Part shown: positions 59,096 to 64,000 of the stretch, one piece after another | How positions within the stretch are numbered: position 1 is the stretch's first letter | How the letters are laid out: every line of letters starts with the position of its first letter | Assembly: GCA_965233585.1 (NCBI GenBank) | Contig: CBDDTI010000295.1 | Coordinates: 32,001-96,000, forward strand | Direction: 5' to 3' | Origin: a bacterium | GTDB taxonomy: Bacteria; SAR324; NAC60-12 | Length of the DNA stretch: 64,000 nucleotides | The notes under the pieces: generated by a model | Databases searched by the model: none | Seen by the model: only the letters and a program-made list of their open reading frames with translations | Told to the model about the DNA's origin: nothing | Position numbers and translations under genes: made by a program

Positions 59096-59526
59096 CAAAT
59101 TTGGGTTCAGATGCGTTTTGCTTTGAACAAAAATTTGATGTCCGTGATAGTGAGATTGATATGTTTGGTGTGGTCAACAATAGTGTCTATCTCATCTATC
59201 TACAACATACGAGGCACAGCTTTTTCAAGAGTCTGGGAATTGATTTGTCAGAGTTGGGAAACAGATCTTGGAACCCTGTTGTCACGAGGATTGACGTCAG
59301 GTATAAGAAGCCACTAACAAGTGGAGATTCCTTTGTGGTCAAGTTGGCTGTTGTTCAAATCAAACGGGTCAGGTTTCAATTCTTGCAAAAAATTTTTCTG
59401 CAAAATGCCTCTTCATCAGCTGAAGTTTTAGAAGCATTTATTGAAGGCACTGTCATTTCTCCAGAAGGGAGACCTGCTTTGCCCGAAAAGTTTCAAAAGT
59501 TAAGAGATTACATGATTCAAAAATAG
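59092..59526 (+). CDS. Acyl-CoA thioesterase (4HBT/YbgC hot-dog family)
   Basis: VRDSEIDMFGVVNNSVY...R and YKKPL motifs. Confidence 0.88.
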   Translation: MTNLGSDAFCFEQKFDVRDSEIDMFGVVNNSVYLIYLQHTRHSFFKSLGIDLSELGNRSWNPVVTRIDVRYKKPLTSGDSFVVKLAVVQIKRVRFQFLQKIFLQNASSSAEVLEAFIEGTVISPEGRPALPEKFQKLRDYMIQK

Positions 59527-59543
59527 TTTGAATTAAAAAAGCG

Positions 59544-61448
59544 ATGTCTCGTCAATTTTTTATTACAACTCCCATTTACTACGTCAACAGTTGCCCCCAT
59601 ATTGGGCATGCCTATACGACTGTGATTGCAGATATTTTTGCTCGCTACCACAAACTTTTTGGTCAAGACGTTTTTCTATTGACAGGCACAGATGAGCATG
59701 GGCAAAAAGTAGAAGAATCTGCAAAAAAAGCCAATACTTCTCCCCAAAAATTTGTTGATGCTGTTTCAAAAGAGTTTCAAGATTTATGGGGGTCTTTGGG
59801 GATTGAATATGATCAGTTTATCCGCACTACAGAAGACTTTCATAAAAAGAGAGTGCAAGACGTCCTAGCACAACTTTATGAAGCTGGAGAGATTTTTTTC
59901 AAAGAATATGAGGGGTTGTATTGTGTAGGGTGTGAACGTTTTTTAGATGCAGAAGAGTTGCAAGATGGGCTTTGTTCAGACCATCTTGTAGCACCTCAAG
60001 TGCATCGGGAAGAAAACTACTTTTTCCGTATGAGTGCCTATCAAGATTGGTTGATAGAAACTATTCAACACAACCCCCAATGGATTTACCCTGAACAATA
60101 CAAAAATGAAGTCTTAGGTTTTTTGAGAAGTCCATTGCAGGATTTATGTATCTCCAGACCAAAGTCCCGTGTTTCTTGGGGAATTGAGCTACCTTTTGAC
60201 TCTCAATTTGTGACTTATGTTTGGTTTGATGCTCTTCTCAACTATCCTAACGCCCTTGGAAGTCCTGATGATGAACGTTTCCAAAAATTTTGGAAGGAAG
60301 CACATCATATCATTGGCAAAGACATTCTGAAAACGCATGCGATTTATTGGCCTTGCATGCTCAAAGCATCAGGATTCCCTATTTTCAAAAAATTAGTGGT
60401 GCATGGGCATTGGAATTGTTCAGGTTTGAAAATGAGCAAATCTTTAGGCAATGTCATTGACCCTTTGCAAATGCAAGCTCTGGTTGGGAGAGATGGATTG
60501 CGATTTTTTCTTGCAAGGGACATGTCTTTCGGCAATGATGCTGTCTTCACTGAAGATTTATTGAGAAGCCGCTATAACGCAGACCTTGCAAATAATATTG
60601 GAAATTTAGTCAGCCGTGTTGTCAAACTTTCACAAAAATATTTTAAAAAATGCACTCCCATTCAGGGGGAAATTGGCACGTTAGAAAAACGTCTTGCTGA
60701 TGATTTAAAAAAACAAGTGGTTCTAGTTCAAAGGCAGATTGACGATTTCAAATTGCATCAAGCAATAGAATCTATCACCGAAATGGGTGTTGCTATCAAT
60801 AAATATTTAGATGAAACTAAGCCTTGGAAACTTGCTAAAACTCCTGAATGCCATGAACAACTTGGAACTGTACTTTATACAGCACTTGATGGCATTCGTC
60901 TTGTTGCCAATCTCCTTTCACCTGTGATGCCACAAAAAGCGGCTGATCTTTTGGACTTACTTGGTGTTCAAACGGCAAATCGAGAGCAACTGACTTTAGG
61001 ATTGTTGCAAGAAAACTTCACATTAAAAGAGATTCCAAATCTTTTTCCAAGACTACCAAATCAAGAAACGGCACAAGAACCACCTACTCAAGAAGATCTT
61101 CAAAAGACAGACAAAACAGACCCAGAAATTACAGTTGAAGATTTTGAACGTGTTGTGCTACAGGTAGGGCAGATTATTGACTGTCAAGTTGTGCCAAAAG
61201 CAAACCGTCTTTTACATTCCACAGTAGATTTAGGAGAGCCTCACACCCGTTCCATTGTTTCAGGCATTGCAGAATACTACAAACCTGAAGAACTCATTGG
61301 GAAGTTAGTCGTGGTTGTCAGTAATTTAAAATCTGTCAAACTACGTGGTGTTTTGTCTCAAGGTATGTTACTATGTGCCATCTCTGACCGTGGAACAATT
61401 TTAATAGAGCCTCCTCCTCATTCAGAAATAGGCTCAAAAATCCAGTAG
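59544..61448 (+). CDS. metG: Methionine--tRNA ligase with C-terminal tRNA-binding domain
   Basis: PHIGH, GTDEHG, YVWFDAL, KMSKS and C-terminal OB fold (IVSGIA...SQGM). Confidence 0.97.
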   Translation: MSRQFFITTPIYYVNSCPHIGHAYTTVIADIFARYHKLFGQDVFLLTGTDEHGQKVEESAKKANTSPQKFVDAVSKEFQDLWGSLGIEYDQFIRTTEDFHKKRVQDVLAQLYEAGEIFFKEYEGLYCVGCERFLDAEELQDGLCSDHLVAPQVHREENYFFRMSAYQDWLIETIQHNPQWIYPEQYKNEVLGFLRSPLQDLCISRPKSRVSWGIELPFDSQFVTYVWFDALLNYPNALGSPDDERFQKFWKEAHHIIGKDILKTHAIYWPCMLKASGFPIFKKLVVHGHWNCSGLKMSKSLGNVIDPLQMQALVGRDGLRFFLARDMSFGNDAVFTEDLLRSRYNADLANNIGNLVSRVVKLSQKYFKKCTPIQGEIGTLEKRLADDLKKQVVLVQRQIDDFKLHQAIESITEMGVAINKYLDETKPWKLAKTPECHEQLGTVLYTALDGIRLVANLLSPVMPQKAADLLDLLGVQTANREQLTLGLLQENFTLKEIPNLFPRLPNQETAQEPPTQEDLQKTDKTDPEITVEDFERVVLQVGQIIDCQVVPKANRLLHSTVDLGEPHTRSIVSGIAEYYKPEELIGKLVVVVSNLKSVKLRGVLSQGMLLCAISDRGTILIEPPPHSEIGSKIQ

Positions 61449-61454
61449 ATTGCC

Positions 61455-62414
61455 ATGATGACCAGTGTTGCTGTCTTTTCACCTTATCAAGATCTTTTTC
61501 AACAGATCAATCAAGGATTGCCTTATCTTGTAGAATCCATAGATTTTGAGAAAGATTCTTTTGAACAAATCCACTATGACTTAACCATATTGGACATAGA
61601 GTTGTTGGATCAAAAGCTTTACCCTAATTTTATGGAAAGATGGAGTCATCTTTTCAAAGAAAAACCCCTGCTTTTGGTGACCAGTGCTGTCCCTCAAGTA
61701 AAACACATAGAGATTGATAACGTTTATGATTTCTTGTTCAAGCCTTTTAGCGACATTGAGTTAAATTTGAGAGTCAAGAGGATTTTAAACCCTGAATCTT
61801 TTCAAAGGCTTTCGCAGGAATACACAAAATCCCGAGAACAAAATAAACAACTAGAGGAGACAAACATCTTCTTGAGACAATTAGTTGTCACTGATTCTTT
61901 GACGGGGGTTTCCAATCGACGTTATTTGCTGGAACGTCTGGAAGAAGAATTTTTAGAAGCCCAACGACGGAAGAGACATATTAGCATGCTGATGATTGAC
62001 ATTGACTTTTTTAAAGATGTCAACGACAAGTATGGTCATCAGTGCGGGGATTATGTGTTAGCGGAATTTGCTGGTATCTTAAGAAAGAACGTAAGACGAA
62101 GGGAAGTTGTAGCACGTTATGGAGGCGAGGAATTTGCGATCGCTTTGTTTGACACAGACCTTTCCTCTGCTATGTTGATTGCAGAACGTGTGCATCGGGA
62201 CGTACGTAGCAAATTATTTGACTATCAAGAAAGAACTTTACAAATCACTTGTAGTTTAGGGGTGTCGTCTTATCCCCAAATTTGTCCTGAACCTGATTGG
62301 AATCAACTTTTGCGTGCGGCTGATGCTGCACTTTATCGTGCAAAAAATACAGGTAGAGACAAAATTTGCTTGCCACCTGATTCTGCTCTCACCCCCACAG
62401 AATCAAAGGATTAA
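61455..62414 (+). CDS. Diguanylate cyclase with a degenerate receiver-like N-terminus
   Basis: TDSLTG, DIDFFKDVND and RYGGEEF; the I-site position reads RRRE instead of RxxD. Confidence 0.9.
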   Translation: MMTSVAVFSPYQDLFQQINQGLPYLVESIDFEKDSFEQIHYDLTILDIELLDQKLYPNFMERWSHLFKEKPLLLVTSAVPQVKHIEIDNVYDFLFKPFSDIELNLRVKRILNPESFQRLSQEYTKSREQNKQLEETNIFLRQLVVTDSLTGVSNRRYLLERLEEEFLEAQRRKRHISMLMIDIDFFKDVNDKYGHQCGDYVLAEFAGILRKNVRRREVVARYGGEEFAIALFDTDLSSAMLIAERVHRDVRSKLFDYQERTLQITCSLGVSSYPQICPEPDWNQLLRAADAALYRAKNTGRDKICLPPDSALTPTESKD

Positions 62415-62449
62415 CAACCATCCATCTTAACCAACACAAACTGATTGGA

Positions 62450-64000
62450 ATGCGATTGATTCTATTTTGCATCATCTCAAACCTTGTGTTGACCGCATGT
62501 ATTACCAAAATTGTTCCCCGTGTCTCAATTCACGAGTTTGATGACCGTCCCAGCCTTTTAAAAAATCCTCCCTCTCCTCTTGTTTCTGAATTGTTTGTCA
62601 GACTGCAACTTGACTACATTGAGGTCAATCGGCTGAAACCCGATGCCATGCTTATTTCCGCATTTCATCAACTTGACAATGCTGTTCCAGAGATTAACAT
62701 TCAGCTCAAGCAAGGATTGGAAGATGCCAAGTCGCCCATTCTTGCCATTCAAACCTCTGTGCAAGATTACCAAATCCCTGTGTCTGATTTGTCCGATCTG
62801 TCTGATTTAAATCTGACCCTTCAACAAACACTCAATCTTTTAAAAAAAGACTTGCCTCAATCAAAATGGGTCAAGGCAGAACAAGCCATCGTCAAGGGAA
62901 TCCTTGCAACACTTGACCCGCATTCTAGTGCAATCTTCACTGCTCAATACCAAAATTTTCAAGAACGTGTGCAAGGACAGTTTGGAGGAATTGGTGTTGT
63001 AGTCCAACATGATGCCAAAAAAGGCTTAAAAATTTTGCAAGTCATTCGTAACTCTCCTGCATACACTTCAGGTTTAAAATCTGGTGAATGGATTACAGAA
63101 ATTGATGATGAATCAGTCAAGTCAATGGACCGGACTTCTGCAAAATCACAGTTGCAGGGACTCATTGGGACTCCTGTCAAACTTAAAATTCTCAAAGCTG
63201 ACCAAAGTAAATATCATGTCAACTTGCCACGAGCTATCATTCATGCACCTAGTGTTGAAGTAGAAAGGATTCAATCTAAAATCCTTTTGATTCAAATTAA
63301 AGTGTTTCAGCAGAACACTGTCGCTCAGTTGTACGATGCACTAAGTCAAACCGAAGGCATTGAAGGCATCATTCTTGACATACGAGACAATCTTGGAGGA
63401 TTGCTGCAGCAAGCGGCATTGACTGCAAATTTTTTTCTACCTCCAAACAAAAAAATCACCTCCACCGAAGGCACTTTGGAACAGGCTTTTGTCTCTCAAT
63501 GGATTTTGAAAGACCAGAGATTGAATACAATCCCTCTTGCTATCCTTATTAATCGTGTCAGTGCATCTGGTTCAGAAATTGTTGCTTCTGCATTAAAAGA
63601 ACGCCCCAATACAGTCTTGCTTGGTGAACGAACCTTTGGCAAAGGTTCTGTCCAACATCTCCAAGCAGTTGGAGACATACACGGGTTGAAGCTCACTGTC
63701 GCCAAATATTTGACTCCAAATGGGGACTCTATTCAAGCGGTTGGGGAAGTTCCACACATCAAAATTCTCCCAATCTATTGGGATCAAACATATCAAAAAT
63801 TCTTGGTCAAAAGCTATCCCCCCAGAGAAGAAAATTTAGCAAGGGTGTTTAAATGGGGTGAACCTACCACTTCTGCTGACTTTGAGTTACAATATCTTCA
63901 AGCCTTTGGTTCTAACCAAAGTTTAACAAAAATATTTAATTTTTTACCCTCATACGATCCTCAAATGCCAGAAGATTTTGTGAAAGACTTTGCAGTCAAA
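62450..64000 (+). CDS. 3'-truncated S41 (CtpA/Prc-type) carboxyl-terminal protease, predicted lipoprotein
   Basis: Not in the ORF track because it runs off the window. Hand translation gives MRLILFCIISNLVLTAC (lipobox), LDPHS, GQFGGIG (PDZ entry), ILDIRDNLGG, SASGSE and TFGKGSVQ. Confidence 0.88.
   Translation, partial: MRLILFCIISNLVLTACITKIVPRVSIHEFDDRPSLLKNPPSPLVSELFVRLQLDYIEVNRLKPDAMLISAFHQLDNAVPEINIQLKQGLEDAKSPILAIQTSVQDYQIPVSDLSDLSDLNLTLQQTLNLLKKDLPQSKWVKAEQAIVKGILATLDPHSSAIFTAQYQNFQERVQGQFGGIGVVVQHDAKKGLKILQVIRNSPAYTSGLKSGEWITEIDDESVKSMDRTSAKSQLQGLIGTPVKLKILKADQSKYHVNLPRAIIHAPSVEVERIQSKILLIQIKVFQQNTVAQLYDALSQTEGIEGIILDIRDNLGGLLQQAALTANFFLPPNKKITSTEGTLEQAFVSQWILKDQRLNTIPLAILINRVSASGSEIVASALKERPNTVLLGERTFGKGSVQHLQAVGDIHGLKLTVAKYLTPNGDSIQAVGEVPHIKILPIYWDQTYQKFLVKSYPPREENLARVFKWGEPTTSADFELQYLQAFGSNQSLTKIFNFLPSYDPQMPEDFVKDFAVK

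Noticed and set aside
51269..59317. Many short antisense or alternate-frame ORFs within rpoB, rpoC and other long genes
   Set aside because: They are embedded in or overlap well-supported genes and have no motifs; expected shadow ORFs.

Overview
Bacterial chromosomal window, moderately AT-rich, flagellated and diderm-like. The gene style suggests a deltaproteobacteria-like lineage such as SAR324, but this is inference only. Most of it is housekeeping: gltA, an orphan trpA, yggS-proC-like-yggT, mltF, hflK-STAS-degP, a DnaC-like ATPase, hemE, holB, a response-regulator/kinase hybrid, a bacterial voltage-gated Na channel, fliJ-motE-like-fliK-flgD-flgE, an RNase II, polA, argG, rpoB-rpoC (detached from ribosomal protein genes), a thioesterase, metG, a GGDEF protein and a 3'-truncated S41 protease. 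Three accessory regions stand out. (1) 33.0-45.7 kb is a tandem array of five paralogous lipoproteins. Each has a constant N-terminal domain, a Ser/Pro linker, near-identical proximal fibronectin-III (FN3) repeats and patchily hypervariable distal FN3 and tip domains. Each gene is followed by twin GCAA-loop hairpins and four carry the same duplicated sigma70 promoter. The copies are mosaics of each other, and one has lost its tip and has an IS1 inserted just upstream of its promoter. This looks like a recombination-diversified surface-protein repertoire. (2) 1-2.8 kb holds a 5'-truncated FN3-stalk protein fused to a lower-GC RCC1-like propeller, followed by a cluster of GTCAT...AATC palindromic repeats. 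(3) 18.6-25.8 kb holds two small coupled membrane ORFs and a BMP-type nucleoside ABC transporter interleaved with two different 2OG-Fe(II) dioxygenases, a candidate modified-nucleoside salvage unit. No rRNA, tRNA or CRISPR array was recognised.
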